From contig JALDZX010000039.1 in assembly GCA_022813865.1 (NCBI GenBank), positions 1-64,000 on the forward strand: a stretch of DNA of 64,000 bases, read 5' to 3'. The notes under the pieces were generated by a model, which searched no databases, was not told the DNA's origin, and saw nothing but the letters and a program-made list of their open reading frames with translations. The translations under genes and the position numbers were made by a program. The stretch comes from Xylographa opegraphella. Lineage: Eukaryota. Below, one piece after another: positions 25,552 through 37,202 of the stretch. Numbering within the stretch: position 1 is the stretch's first letter; each line of letters starts with the position of its first letter.

Positions 25552-27658
25552 TTACATCTTGATGACGTCTATATTGGATTTACTGGAGATATTAACGGGG
25601 AATCTAATTGCGATATTTATTGAGCATTTGTATAGAATTTTGTTGATGTATCATCCATTTCATTATCTACGCCTTCCAACGGAATTTTCCTGCCTTATAT
25701 GTACATGGGATTCCGTACCGCAATGTCGAGAATATACCTCACTTACTCGATCACGAGATGTACATATATGAAAGCTTCGTATAATCGTACCTGGGTCGGA
25801 TCACGATACGTTTCGTTGATTGCTTCATTCATGTGAGCATATGTACATATAGATATATATGAGCTTGGTCAATGTACTCAAATCCGTGGTCTCTATCATC
25901 TGATGCAAGTGCGGTCGCAAACAGAACCAGACGACCATGGCTTCACCATCGAACCTTGGCGAAAAGCAGCAGTGCACAATTCGTATCTCCTAAAGAATCT
26001 TCCAACTCTGCTACCATCAGCAGAAAGGATAGCAAAAATTCGACTCCGAGAGCAGTGGCTTGATCACTGCCTTGAGCAGCGCAGAGCTGCAGTGTTTACG
26101 ACGGAAAAATTACTAATTGCGAGGCAAAGGGGGAAAAAATCCCCCCTAAACATCAATGAATCAGAACGGACGCCATGGCGGTACCAAGAATTGGCAATTC
26201 GAGTGTAAAAAATCTCACACACTGAGGCGTCTGGCGCGCGTGGCAGAGAGAATTCCAGAACGATGTAATGTGATTGGTGGTCCATGTGGCTGTGAAAAAG
26301 GCTCAGGTCGAAACAGACAAGCCGTGGGTCATTTAAAGAAAATACCTGGCGCCGGTCAGTCAACGACTGATTCGCTCACGAAGAAAAACGCCAACGCGAT
26401 ACTTCAATTGCCACCCCCGGATGCTGCGGAGCTGCAGTTGTATGAAGTAACTTTTCGATCAGCTGCTGGGCTCAGCCATGGGGCAACAGAAGCGTGATGT
26501 AGAAATGCCCGAAATGACAGAACAGACAAAACAACAGAATTGTCGGCGCTATAATCTATCACAAACAAGCAGCTGTAGCTAAACCAATACAGGAAACGGA
26601 AGATGAGAAGGAAGAAACAGATCGCCATGATGACGACGATGCGAGCGGAGGGAGGCGCCAGTAATGGGGTCAGACCGGATACTGAAGAAGCAGGTGCGGC
26701 TTGTTCATGTATGTTTCTTCTATTTGTACGAGGAAGCTGCCTCCAATGAGAACTTGGTGAAGGAAGCAGACAATCTGGCAGCGTTTGCTTAGCAGACGTT
26801 GGATACATTACTCATAACGATGTAATCGAAGATAGCCAAGCCGGAAGCGTCCTGGGTCCAGACTCGCAATACGCACTAATTTTCTTGCCTGGTTCCTTGC
26901 CCTAGGAATAGAGGCGCGGTATCCATTGCGGCCTCTGTCCGCCACGAACTGCCTCGAGATCTGCTTCTGTGATATCGTAGACCACTATAGCTGACTCCTA
27001 ATCCGATCATAAACCCGTTTGAAGTACGTATGCCGAAGCACGCTATGTTGATAGAGAATTAAGCCTGGAGGGACCTTTCAGTCCAAGAAGCTTTCGTAGA
27101 CTCCCATGGGGTATTCGGTCGACCTATTCAGTTGCTGTAGGCGGCCTTCACTTCCATCTCTTCTGAAGGCCCTGCAGGACGGTCCCTCGGTGTTCAAATT
27201 GCAGGTTATCGAGGGCCCCCTGGTAGACAATGGAGTAAAAATACAAGGAGGCGAGGATGAAAGTGTGCGCAACGTTAGCTGAGGAGAGGCAGTGAAACTC
27301 GGAAGTAATAATGCATACTGTTACACCATAATGCAGCACGTAATGAAAAGACGAAATAGCAGTCTTGCAAAGCAACATCGAGACTTCGTGGTTTAGATAT
27401 AGCACTTCAAGATTGCAGTGTAAAGGTAATCAAATCCGTCTATAATTCTACCTCTTACGACAAACTTGTCACGAATGAACACAGGAATGGGTTCAAAGCA
27501 AATCAAGTAAGATAACAGTCGGCGGTCTTGTTGTAATTATGGGAGTTGATTGATTCGGCAATTTAGTTTAGCGTTATTGAGCTGAGCAGCGACAATATAC
27601 TTTATTCTTGGTAATTAAAAGCTGTCAAATCAAATTATGGTCTTGTGGTCTAGTGGTA

Positions 27659-27708
27659 GTAAGTACTTGACGGCGCCCTCCAGCGGTGAATGTTCTAACA
27701 TATCACAG
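27659..27708 (+). other. Spliceosomal (U2-type)-like 50-nt intron inside the tRNA D-arm, position 21/22
   Basis: 5' GTAAGT, branch CTAAC at 27695-27699 and 3' CAG at 27706-27708. Size and signals match the mRNA introns in this window. Confidence 0.85.
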
Positions 27709-27724
27709 TGATTCTCGCTTAGGG

Positions 27725-27743
27725 CAACACTCTAAGTAACATT
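27725..27743 (+). other. Canonical 19-nt tRNA intron at position 37/38
   Basis: Begins one base 3' of the anticodon. Intron CTCTAAG can pair with CTTAGGG of the anticodon arm, as is usual for endonuclease-spliced introns. Confidence 0.9.
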
Positions 27744-27802
27744 TGCGAGAGGCCCCGGGTTCAAGTCCCGGCAAGACCCATATTGCCTCGCTGGCCTTCT
27801 AG

Positions 27803-27810
27803 TTTTTTTT
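27803..27810 (+). terminator. RNA polymerase III oligo-dT terminator
   Basis: T8 run starting 24 nt downstream of the tRNA discriminator base. Confidence 0.75.
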
Positions 27811-27989
27811 GTGTTTTGTTCCCCATTACTCAGGCTGGCTCGAAGGTACCTGAACTTTTTGCCCGAGTCGTATCGAGGAATGACTGGCCAGTAGGTAGCG
27901 CTAACCCGGAGCGGCTTAGTGCGCCTGCACCTGAAGATCTGCAAAACGGTTCTCGATAGCAGCTCAAACGACCAGCTCTGCAACAGAGC

Positions 27990-28571
27990 ATGGCCCTTCT
28001 CGTACAACCCCTCCGCACCATGGCAAACCCCGACTCGCCCTGTCCCGCGCCTCCCTCCTTCTCTTCATCACGCGCCCCCCCTCCATCGACACTCACCTCC
28101 CCCCGCTCCCTCCGTCAACTCTCCCTCTTCGGTATGGGCTCCGCCTTTTTCGCGCTCTCGATCCTCGTCACCCGCCGCTCGATCGCGCGCCGCCGCCTCG
28201 CCATCTTCCCAGCCTTCTACCACCCCTCGAACCAGCCGCCCAAGCTGACGATCAACGGCCCGCTGGAGGCGGTGGAGGCGCTCGGTCTAGCGACCGTCAA
28301 TGTGCTGAGTTTTGCGATCATGACGGTCGGGGGCACGTTGTGGGCGTTTGATATCGGGGGTATGGAGGAGTTGAGGCGGAAGGTGAGGGGCGGCTTTGGG
28401 AGTGATGGGAGGGGGGTGACGACGCGGGAGGGGGAGGTGGATGGGGAGTTGGAGAGGTTGTGGGCGGGGGTGGTGGATAGGCGGAGGGAAAGGAGGGACG
28501 GGAAGGCGGGTGGTGAAGGGAAGGGGGGTGAGAGAGAGGAGGTGCTTGATGAGAGGGGGAAGGGGCGATGA
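27990..28571 (+). CDS. AIM11: Aim11-like mitochondrial membrane protein
   Basis: RSLRQLSLF...SILVTRRSIARR...PAFYHPSN...LEAVEALGLATVNVLSFAIMTVGGTLWAFDI, with two TM segments. The start may be 27990 or 28020. Confidence 0.75.
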   Translation: MALLVQPLRTMANPDSPCPAPPSFSSSRAPPPSTLTSPRSLRQLSLFGMGSAFFALSILVTRRSIARRRLAIFPAFYHPSNQPPKLTINGPLEAVEALGLATVNVLSFAIMTVGGTLWAFDIGGMEELRRKVRGGFGSDGRGVTTREGEVDGELERLWAGVVDRRRERRDGKAGGEGKGGEREEVLDERGKGR

Positions 28572-28977
28572 GCTTGTGGGGACGATGGGATGGTGAACGA
28601 TAAGGATCCGGCTGTGGAGCTCAATGGGGAAAGTCCACCGCTCGTACTGTGGGCTGCTGTTGGTGGGTGTATGACAGGTGTACAATACTGGAGGGTGGAG
28701 GAGCGAGGAGTTCACGAGACATTCAACCTCGACAAGCATGGGGCAGATAGAGATAGGCGGTCGCGTTGGCATTGCATAGCGGTAGGTTAAGATATCCCCA
28801 TCAGCCATCTTCAAAAACATCTCAAATCTTGGCCGGGTTTCCAGAAGTTCCCGCTTTCCCGCAAAATGTTCCCCAGAATCAACTTACAACATAGGTGAGC
28901 TTCACGTATTTGTAAGCATCCAAGGATGATGACCACCGGTGCCACTGCAGAAGTGTCAACTATCACACCAAGAGTCA

Positions 28978-30024
28978 TCAACGATCCGCAGCATAGGAAG
29001 TGCTCACCAGTCTCGCCGGAACCTTGCAGGGCCAAGCCTCCATATACGGCCACACAGCCTGGAACTCCTCAAGCTCATGTGCCCATGCCATATTTCGCCA
29101 TTCACGGCGCGTCAGCTCGTCGAACTTCTCCCACGAATGTTTCCCCGTGCGGGCCTTCAGAGTAGCCTCCTGTTCTCGCCACACAACACCCAACAGTCCG
29201 GCACGTGTCTTGTACGGGCGATCCCGAGCCATCATTTCCAGCTCTCGATCACCGACAAGTGACGGGGGCAGCATGAAACGGAGATCTGCGGCGCTCAATT
29301 TACCGGCCAGAAGGTTCAGCACGTGCAAGAAGCTGCAGCCCTTGCGAGTGCGGTGGGCACCGGACTCGTAGTAATCCATCCTTACCGGGTCGGGTTCTCG
29401 GGTCCAAGTGGCTATATCGGTGTCGAGGAATGAAACCGTAAGGTGCTGGATCTTGTACCCTTTCAGTTCACGGCAGAGTCTCAGGGCATTTCGCATGATC
29501 TTGGGAAGATCACAGGGGCGATCGGGATGGGGAGCGTAGATCTGGATCCGGAGTTCGTCGAAGCCGACAATTGGACGCATTCGAAGTGAATGCAGGTGCA
29601 GCTTTGTGAGCTCATCGAAGTGCTTGTCTTGCCAGGAAAGTCTGATGATGGGGTGTACCTTCAGGTGCCGGTATTGGTCCAGCATTTCCTCCTGGATCGA
29701 TTTGCAGACAAGTGAGAGGGGGAGAAGGAGTGGTCGAGACCTTCTGGGAAGGATGGTTTCGTGGATCTGAGTAGGTGTAAGCGTGCAATGGTCGACAATG
29801 TAGTAGTTATAAACCATCCAACGAAGCTCGAGAGGGAGTTCCATGAATGGCAATGGCGGCCCTCGGGCAACCATGGGTGTCCTATATGATTTTAGTACAG
29901 TTTGGGATCGTTGAAGCAGAGTCATGTTGCCGCATGAACTGCTGTCTCTGTATGTCTCATGGAATGCCATTGATGACACCAGAGAATGGATCCGTCTGAC
30001 TGGCTGAATTAGTGACTTGGACAT
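28978..30024 (-). CDS. Hypothetical protein with an F-box-like motif
   Basis: 348-aa ORF. FMELPLELRWMVYNY and PLSLVCKSIQEE are typical of fungal F-box-like proteins. The start codon is uncertain. Confidence 0.6.
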   Translation of the reverse strand: MSKSLIQPVRRIHSLVSSMAFHETYRDSSSCGNMTLLQRSQTVLKSYRTPMVARGPPLPFMELPLELRWMVYNYYIVDHCTLTPTQIHETILPRRSRPLLLPLSLVCKSIQEEMLDQYRHLKVHPIIRLSWQDKHFDELTKLHLHSLRMRPIVGFDELRIQIYAPHPDRPCDLPKIMRNALRLCRELKGYKIQHLTVSFLDTDIATWTREPDPVRMDYYESGAHRTRKGCSFLHVLNLLAGKLSAADLRFMLPPSLVGDRELEMMARDRPYKTRAGLLGVVWREQEATLKARTGKHSWEKFDELTRREWRNMAWAHELEEFQAVWPYMEAWPCKVPARLVSTSYAADR

Positions 30025-31279
30025 TGGCTGTGGAGTACCCTATGGAGTTCCTTTGCAAATACTTGAATTCCGGCGAGACTGAACTGCCTCAAAGGCGACA
30101 TAAACCTGGATGGTTGAACAACCAAGTTTGAATCTGAATAAGTCTCGAAATATACGAGTGCAAGAGATGCCTGTAAAGAGATTCTACTTTTCCACGTAAC
30201 GAGATATCGCGGTATTCATGGTTGGATTCCATACCACCACACCTCTACAAGCCAGGAAGGAACATTGGGGTACAGTATCTTGTTTTTTCTGTCAGATCAG
30301 GCAGGCACCGCTAGTACAACATCTTATGATAACGAACTAAGGGAGTATATCACCCTGAAACCATGAACACTGAAAGCGGCGCTCTGCAACCTAGAGCTTG
30401 CATTTTTGTAACAAGTATTCAGTGCTTGCTATAGAATAGCAACATCAGAAGTGACGGAAGAACGCCAAATGTAGCAGAATATAGTGATAATCCAGTTCGG
30501 TGTCTTGCGATAATCATCCTTACCACAGTGGCCCAGAGGCCAAAATATCAAATACCGCAAACGACACTCCAATATTCGTGTCGGTGATTATATATGCTGG
30601 AAGCAATGTTTAGCCTCCAGTCTGTCTCTCTCCTTGATGTGTAGTTATATCAATTCCTTGTCTGTAGGCCCACCATTGACAAATATCGAGGGCCACAATA
30701 TACAACTTTCCACCATTGATTGGGAACAGAATTCTGATATATTTAGAAGGAGAGTTCTGGCGGTGCTTTGAGGTCAACTTGACAGGGTTCGCGTTGCTCG
30801 CTGTACGCTCGGCTGACAATTGAATCATCTGCTGCAAAACTGGATTTCTTAGATGAGGCGATGACTGGGCCAGTTAGAGATGTGCAGATGCCCTATGCGG
30901 TTCAGCTGGATGGGCAAGGCGCGTCATCAAGGTGAGTATGCACTGCCACGGGTGAGACCGAATTGACGTGACATGGGGTGATCTTTCCGCAAATGATCCA
31001 ACAGCAATAACAACTTTGTCCACTCATGATCGTAGAACGAGAACAGAGACAGATCTACTCGGGCACTTGATGTACATAGTGGAGACTCGGATAACGATGG
31101 CTATTAGGGAGGATTGGTAAATATGAGACAGGGCATTGCCAGCTATGTCAGAATGTGCATATAAGAGAAATATCTAGGCAGGCAGGAAGATTAAGTAGGC
31201 AGAAAGACAAGTCCCATGAGAGCATGGGAAGATTTCCCGATATGTCGTAACACTGATTCCATGCTCATCTTGTTGAGAT

Positions 31280-33947
31280 CTAGTTGACTTTCCCGATAGC
31301 AAGCTCCTCAATCAAAATCCCCCAGCAGGATTCCGAACCACTTCTATTGGCCTCTCGCAAGCCTACAAGTATGATTCCTAGTAACCTACCAAATGTCGAT
31401 GGCAGTTTTCTCAACTGGGCGAGCTGTTGACTGTGGTTAATCAAATCAAACGGCATTGCCAATGTATCGTGATCTTCTACATCGGAGGATGCTTCTGCAT
31501 TATCAATATGGTCTTGTCTGGTCCGAGCGGCTCTGATAAGCAGTTTTTGGTCCAGGGAGGTCCGCAGATCCGAAAACAAAGCCGCGAGGTCGAACATTGA
31601 GACAATCGCTTGGTGTGTCGATGTGAGCTTTCCGGACAGGAGACATTGGTTTTCAAGACGAACTACATGCGCATCGTGAGCAGCAATCATCTCATCGAGA
31701 TCTTCGGCCTCATTCATCTTCCTTCTAAACTCCAAGCACGCCGGTGATAGCGCCGTTGTAGTAAGGTAAGAGTGAAAAGTATGGAAAAACCAAAGAAGCC
31801 GATGCCGAAGAGACAATATGATGGCCGTCATATTCTCGTGGTCGTCCCTTACGGAAAGCGAAGCTCCCGCTTTTCGACTGAGGATTTCCTTGGCTCTCAG
31901 TACTTGTAGAAGAAGAACAAACACGCGCTGGTAAACATTTGTGGAGTCTGGCCTAATGATATTTGCTACAGCCCACGGGAGCTTGTAGCCGACTGCTAAG
32001 CATGCGAGATTACCCATACTCCTCTGTCTTTTAGGCAACTCGCTTCCCTTGTCTCCTTTCGAGCGAACAAAGACTTGAGCTGTGTTGACACAATTCAGTG
32101 CTCCATAGGCTTCTCTAAACAGTTCCGTGAGGACGAATTGGTCGTTCCAGTCTGTTTTGCCTTTGTCGAATCTTGAAGATATACCTGCTGCAACATGACT
32201 GGTAATCGCCCCATCGCGAGACAAATATATGTATTCTAGTGCGTCAAGTACTCGCCAGAGTCCACATCGACTAGCCATAACCTCGCGTAAACTGAGAGAG
32301 GAAGATTGATGCATGCTGTTTACCCAAATGTTCAGGGCAGTATCAAACCGCTGGGGGAAAGGCTGCGTTACATCTTGAGGGTTTAGCCTATCGTCAAACT
32401 TAAAGTCAATTGAAGCTGTAGGAAATGATCCTTGGTTTAACTCCGGAGTCTCCAGCCCTAAAGAACGCATAAAGCTGATGCTTTTACCACTGGTCAGGAT
32501 CTTCTTTACTTTCAGATGCAGAAAATGTGGGGCATAGAGGGCTCCGTCCGATCTGAAGCGTAGCATATACTGTTTCGACCACAAGGACTCCTTGCTAGGT
32601 TCTTCCTCGGTTTTCATAACGAAGAAGACTTCGTCGTCTACCGCAAGTCTACCAAACTCAATCCACTCAGAAACCAGCTTCAAGTAGGTTTGTAAACACG
32701 GAAAGAAAAGCTCCCCAAAGAACTTGTAGACATCCTCGTCCCCGGTGCTCTCTGCCAAACATATTCCATCATAGAGTGATTCAAGAAAGGCAAAAGGCGT
32801 TCTGGACGGTGTAGTCTGTTGCACGGATATGACACTATTGATTGATAGTATGGGTCGAGTGGCCGCCTGCACCTCAAACAATACGCTTAAAAGTGTCACC
32901 GGAGGTTTATATTCGGGATGAAGCAGTCGGGTCTCAATCTTTGTCAACAATGCAGTGACGCTTTGAAGTTTACTACGCAGCACGGCCTGAAGCGTTTGTA
33001 GCATATGCGTCACTTCAGTGCGACGGACCCATTCATAAACATCCGCCAGTTGTTGACCAATGGAGAGAAAGGAGCTGATAATATCGTCAAGAGCTTCTGT
33101 AGATACTCCCTGGATGCGATATGTAGCAACTACGCGAAGCTGACCATGATCAGACTTCTGAAATAGGGTCGTAGGTAATCCCATAAGCATGAAGAGGATT
33201 TCCCTGATAAGTTGTGTTTCTGTCAGACAGGGTGCCTCGGTAGGTATGACTGTTGATGCACTCTTGATTTTCCAAAAGTGCGCTCCTGTAATTTCTTGAA
33301 TGAGCTCATTTTCGATAGGAATGTTGAAATCTGTTGGGAATTCTGCTGGGGCCAAAGGACGTGCATGGGCAAAGGCCGGCTTTGAAGTGAACGTGACCGT
33401 ACGGTCTGGCGTGAGTGCCCCGTCTTCTTCTGAGCTATCTGCAGCGTAGTCAATTGTCCTCCAGATGTCATTTGAAGAGTCTAGAGGATCTTCCGCCAAA
33501 ATTTGACTCCATGTCAATGGTGCTAATGGTGGTGGTTGCTTCAGAAGCTCTAGATCTTCTATCTTTGTTCTTGTGGCAGGGTCCTCGGATAAGTCTAATA
33601 GTAAGGTCAGAAGTTCAGGTTGCAACTCCGTGTTCCATTTCGATAGCTTCTCCACTTTCTCGTGAAGTGCATCTGCCAATTCTTCGTTATTGAACACCCT
33701 GAACTTTTCCGCCAGTCCGGCGATCCGGTCTCTCACAATGAATTGATTGATGCGAGATGATTTCGAGTCCTTCAATACAGACAGCGATTCTCTAACTAGA
33801 TGTTCGATACCAGCACTATCTTTCTGTAAGCGACTATTAGCTGTGGGACATTATAGAAGCACGGTTTCAACGCACTGGTTGTGAAAAACCAGTAATAGAA
33901 GTGATTAAATGCTCTATATGAGGAATTGAAGACCGTTGATGAGACAT
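31280..33947 (-). CDS. GCP5: Gamma-tubulin complex component (Spc97/Spc98 family, GCP5-like); 2 exons (33947-33876, 33823-31280)
   Basis: Motifs GLAEKFRVFNNEELADAL, TETQLIREILFMLMGLP, YKLPWAVANII, YQRVFVLLLQ and AEDLDEMIAAH. The intron at 33824-33875 is in frame. Confidence 0.85.
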
Positions 33948-34242
33948 GAACGTTATGATCGGGACGCTACGCGTCCAGCAAAGCGACACACTACATTCTG
34001 AGCAGCAGAAGTGTCATAAAGGCAAGAGCCCATTGACAGTCAACACCTTGACAATCGCGTTGTTGTAAATTGCCAAGCATTCTGAGTTCGCAGGGCTGAG
34101 AATGTCTGGAGTTAAGCCGATACAAACAAGGAGTGTGTATCAACAGTAACGAGTTTCGTCCTCGCTACGCTGTTATGAATTTGGCATAACGATTTTGAGA
34201 AAGGCTCCAAATGAGGTCGTTACAGGGGAAGGAAACTTTGAC

Positions 34243-35592
34243 ATGACGTTCCCCAAACCTTTGCGCCTTCTAGCAGCTTTTTGTCTTGTTCTGTGTTTTT
34301 TCCTATTGTTCCAATCAATTAGGTCCCCGCCGCAGATTGGCGACAAGTTTGGAAATACACACAAAGCTGATACTAAGGACCTTAACTTTGAGTGTCAGCG
34401 CCCGATTCTTGCTTGTGGTTGTTCTACTGACTCGGCTTCCAGTAACTGGAGAACCAGACGGGGTGCTATGGCGCGCAGACGAATATGCTGCAGACAATCC
34501 GAACTCTCCCCGAATCAATGCGACATTACTTTCGTTAGTGCGCAATTCAGAACTGGATGGTATGATCCAGGCGATGCAAGATCTAGAACGGACATGGAAT
34601 CATAAATTCAACTACCCATGGACATTTTTCAACGATGTCCCCTTTACAGAACAGTTCAAGAAGAAAACGCAAGAGCAGACAAAGGCGAAATGCAATTACG
34701 GTATAGGGCCCTTTTTTGGCAGGTCTAGGACTGTGGCTAAACTATTGTTTTATAGAAGTTATACCTAAAGAGCACTGGGATGTCCCGTCTTGGATAAACG
34801 ACGCCCTCATGGGAGAATCTGCTCGCATGCTCACAGAGCAGGGTACACAATATGCCAACCTCATCTCTTATCACAAGATGTGCCGTTGGAATAGCGGCAT
34901 GTTTTACAAGCATCCCGCGCTTGCCAATACGCGGTACTACTGGCGGGTTGAGCCGAAAGTGCATTTCTTTTGTGATGTCGACTACGACATCTTCCGATAC
35001 ATGCAGGACCACAATAAGACATATGGCTTCACGATCAATCTCTACGATGACCCGGTGTCAATACCAACTCTTTGGCCCGAGACAGAGAAGTTCCTGGCTG
35101 CACATCCAGAGTATCTACACGAGAATAATGCTATGGATTGGGTAACGGATAGTGAGCGGAGACCTGCCCATAATAAGAAGGCGAATGGTTACTCGACGTG
35201 CCATTTCTGGAGTAATTTCGAGATTGCGGATATGGAGTTGTGGCGGAGCCGCGCTTACGAAGACTATTTCAACCATTTGGACCGAGCTGGAGGCTTTTTC
35301 TACGAGAGGTGGGGTGACGCCCCGGTGCACTCAATTGCGTTGGGACTGTTTGAGGATAAGAGCAAGATTCATTGGTCAGTTTGGGAGTACTATTTTGCGA
35401 CACTTACCTAGACTTGCTAACGTGAAGCTTGGTAGGTTCCGAGATATCGGCTACCAGCACATACCGTATTTCAACTGTCCGAATTCGCCAAAATGTAAGG
35501 GTTGTCAGACAGGGCTCTTTACAGATGGCGAGAAGTTTTTGTTTGAAGAAGATTGTCGGCCTAACTGGTTTAAATATGTAGGAATGGGATAA
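34243..35592 (+). CDS. Alpha-1,2-mannosyltransferase, GT15 (KRE2/MNT1/KTR family); 4 exons
   Basis: Type II TM anchor and motifs NATLLSLVRN, YWRVEP, CHFWSNFEI and GGFFYERWGDAPVHS. Introns 34394-34442, 34701-34755 and 35375-35435. Confidence 0.92.
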
Positions 35593-35925
35593 AGAAACTT
35601 CACGTATATCATGTCTTGCTGTGTAATTACTAGACGGTCCCGCTAGGACATCGGCATGAAGAATGGGTGGAGTTCGGATGGTGGTGTACATTACTGAAGG
35701 TCGCGCATGCTTAATATATGGGAATGATAGTACAAGTAGCACCGTTAGGAAGTTATCACCAAGGTGGATGTGAGATTCTATGGACTGTACAATAAATAGA
35801 AAAGCACAACCTGGTGGCGCTTCTGACTGAGAAGAACATGGTTCGTCGTGTACCTTTGGTAACTAGACAGTACACGGCCGCCTCCATGATTCTACCTCTA
35901 ATACCTGCAGATCAATTGGTCTTAG

Positions 35926-36748
35926 CTACGACGATTGTGCATCAACTGAGCCTGAGTATAGCGGATCAGGGTATAGATCCTCCTTTAAATTTACACCGAG
36001 TTCTTCCCGTATCGACTTCAGGTCGCGTAAGTACTCATCATACTGGCCTTTGTTCTCGACCTTGGCTTTGATTCCTAATTCGAGTTAAGCTTGTCAGCTT
36101 TGGCCGGATTGCATTCTTTTGTGTTTCCGCGCGGGCCAAATGTGCTTCCTCCAGCCTCGAACTCCTTGTGTGGTGACGTACCTTCAAATATCCGGACGGC
36201 AGTGGGGAAGTCGTTCACTCTTCGAGCCGCCTTTAAAGCAGCAATTATGACCGAGGGAGAGGGGACAAGATCGTAGGCGAAGGCATTGTTCAAGTTGCGC
36301 TGACCAAATGTTGTCAGCTAATGATCTAGCATCAAGGCTTATATAGTAATCCTAGTACTCACCTGTAGCTCGAAGACATCCTGCACGCTATCAAACTCCT
36401 TTTCGTATCTAACCCCCCCATTGAGTCAGCATTCGAAGCTTCACGCACCGTCCAAGTGTATGTGGTCTTTCTCGCAGAGAGCCCCGTCAACCTCAACAGT
36501 GCCTCCATCTTGAATTTGGGAGAACTCTACCTGGCAGTGAACTCCTCAAAGCTCTCTTCATGATGATCTGCTGCCTCCTGCCCATCTTTGTCTACGCTCC
36601 TCCTTGAGCTTGTGCTGAAACTACCACAAGTCGCTCTTCCGGAGGAAGCTCCGATCAGGGCGGGGAGCCGTCGCGAGGGAGGCACTAATCGGAGAATTGT
36701 GGAATATTGTGTTCGCCCTACCAGACGGAAAAGCTGAGTAGACGCCAT
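35926..36748 (-). CDS. COX6: Cytochrome c oxidase subunit VI (COX5A family); 4 exons
   Basis: EESFEEFTAR|YEKEFDSVQDVFELQ|RNLNNAFAYDLVPSPSVIIAALKAARRVNDFPTAVRIFEG|IKAKVENKGQY, preceded by a presequence-like N-terminus. Confidence 0.93.
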
Positions 36749-37202
36749 GGAGAGAAGAGATGGGTGGGGAGTGCGTACAGAGCTGTGAACAATAGCTCCT
36801 TTGTGGAAGGTGAGGTACCGTTTCGCAAACCAAGAGCGAGTCGGGCTTGGCGGTATTGCTGACTAAGCTTGCTTGATTGACCTTGACTCTCAGCCCTACA
36901 GACGGCTGGATCTCATTGGCCAATCTAAAGGCGGAGCCGAAATTGACGAAATTCGGGATTTCTTAACTTTCACGTGTCGTCGACCTCCTTTTCCTGGCTG
37001 ACACTGGCATCCTTTCGGAACAGTATATTCCCTATTCCAGCCATTTTTCTCGCAGTCGAGTCTGCATCCTTCGCCTCTCCTTCTTGTCGCTCCTTTGCAC
37101 ATTTTCGCCCCCGTCCTTTTCTCATAGTGGACTTCTAATCTAACATTCTCCGGGTCAAATTCAAACATCTGGTGCTTGAGCAGACTACAGCAGTGGCCTG
37201 CA

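Larger units (their letters stand above)
27639..27779 (+). tRNA. tRNA-Pro(AGG) with two intervening sequences (27659-27708 and 27725-27743)
   Basis: Spliced sequence GGTCTTGTGGTCTAGTGGTA|TGATTCTCGCTTAGGG|TGCGAGAGGCCCCGGGTTCAAGTCCCGGCAAGACCC (72 nt). Acceptor stem GGTCTTG/CAAGACC, anticodon stem CTCGC/GCGAG and T stem CCGGG/CCCGG all pair perfectly. Anticodon AGG is at 27721-27723. Confidence 0.93.

Noticed and set aside
25870..26810. Short minus-strand ORFs with some splice-like signals
   Set aside because: No consistent spliced reading frame and no recognisable domain.
27659..27708. Archaeal/red-algal-style bulge-helix-bulge intron at a non-canonical tRNA position
   Set aside because: I could not find a convincing BHB pairing at the junctions by eye, whereas all three spliceosomal signals are present and correctly spaced. 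Not formally excluded without folding analysis.
27778..27780. Genome-encoded CCA end on the tRNA
   Set aside because: The CCA letters are stem base 72, the discriminator and one trailer base, not a CCA following the discriminator.
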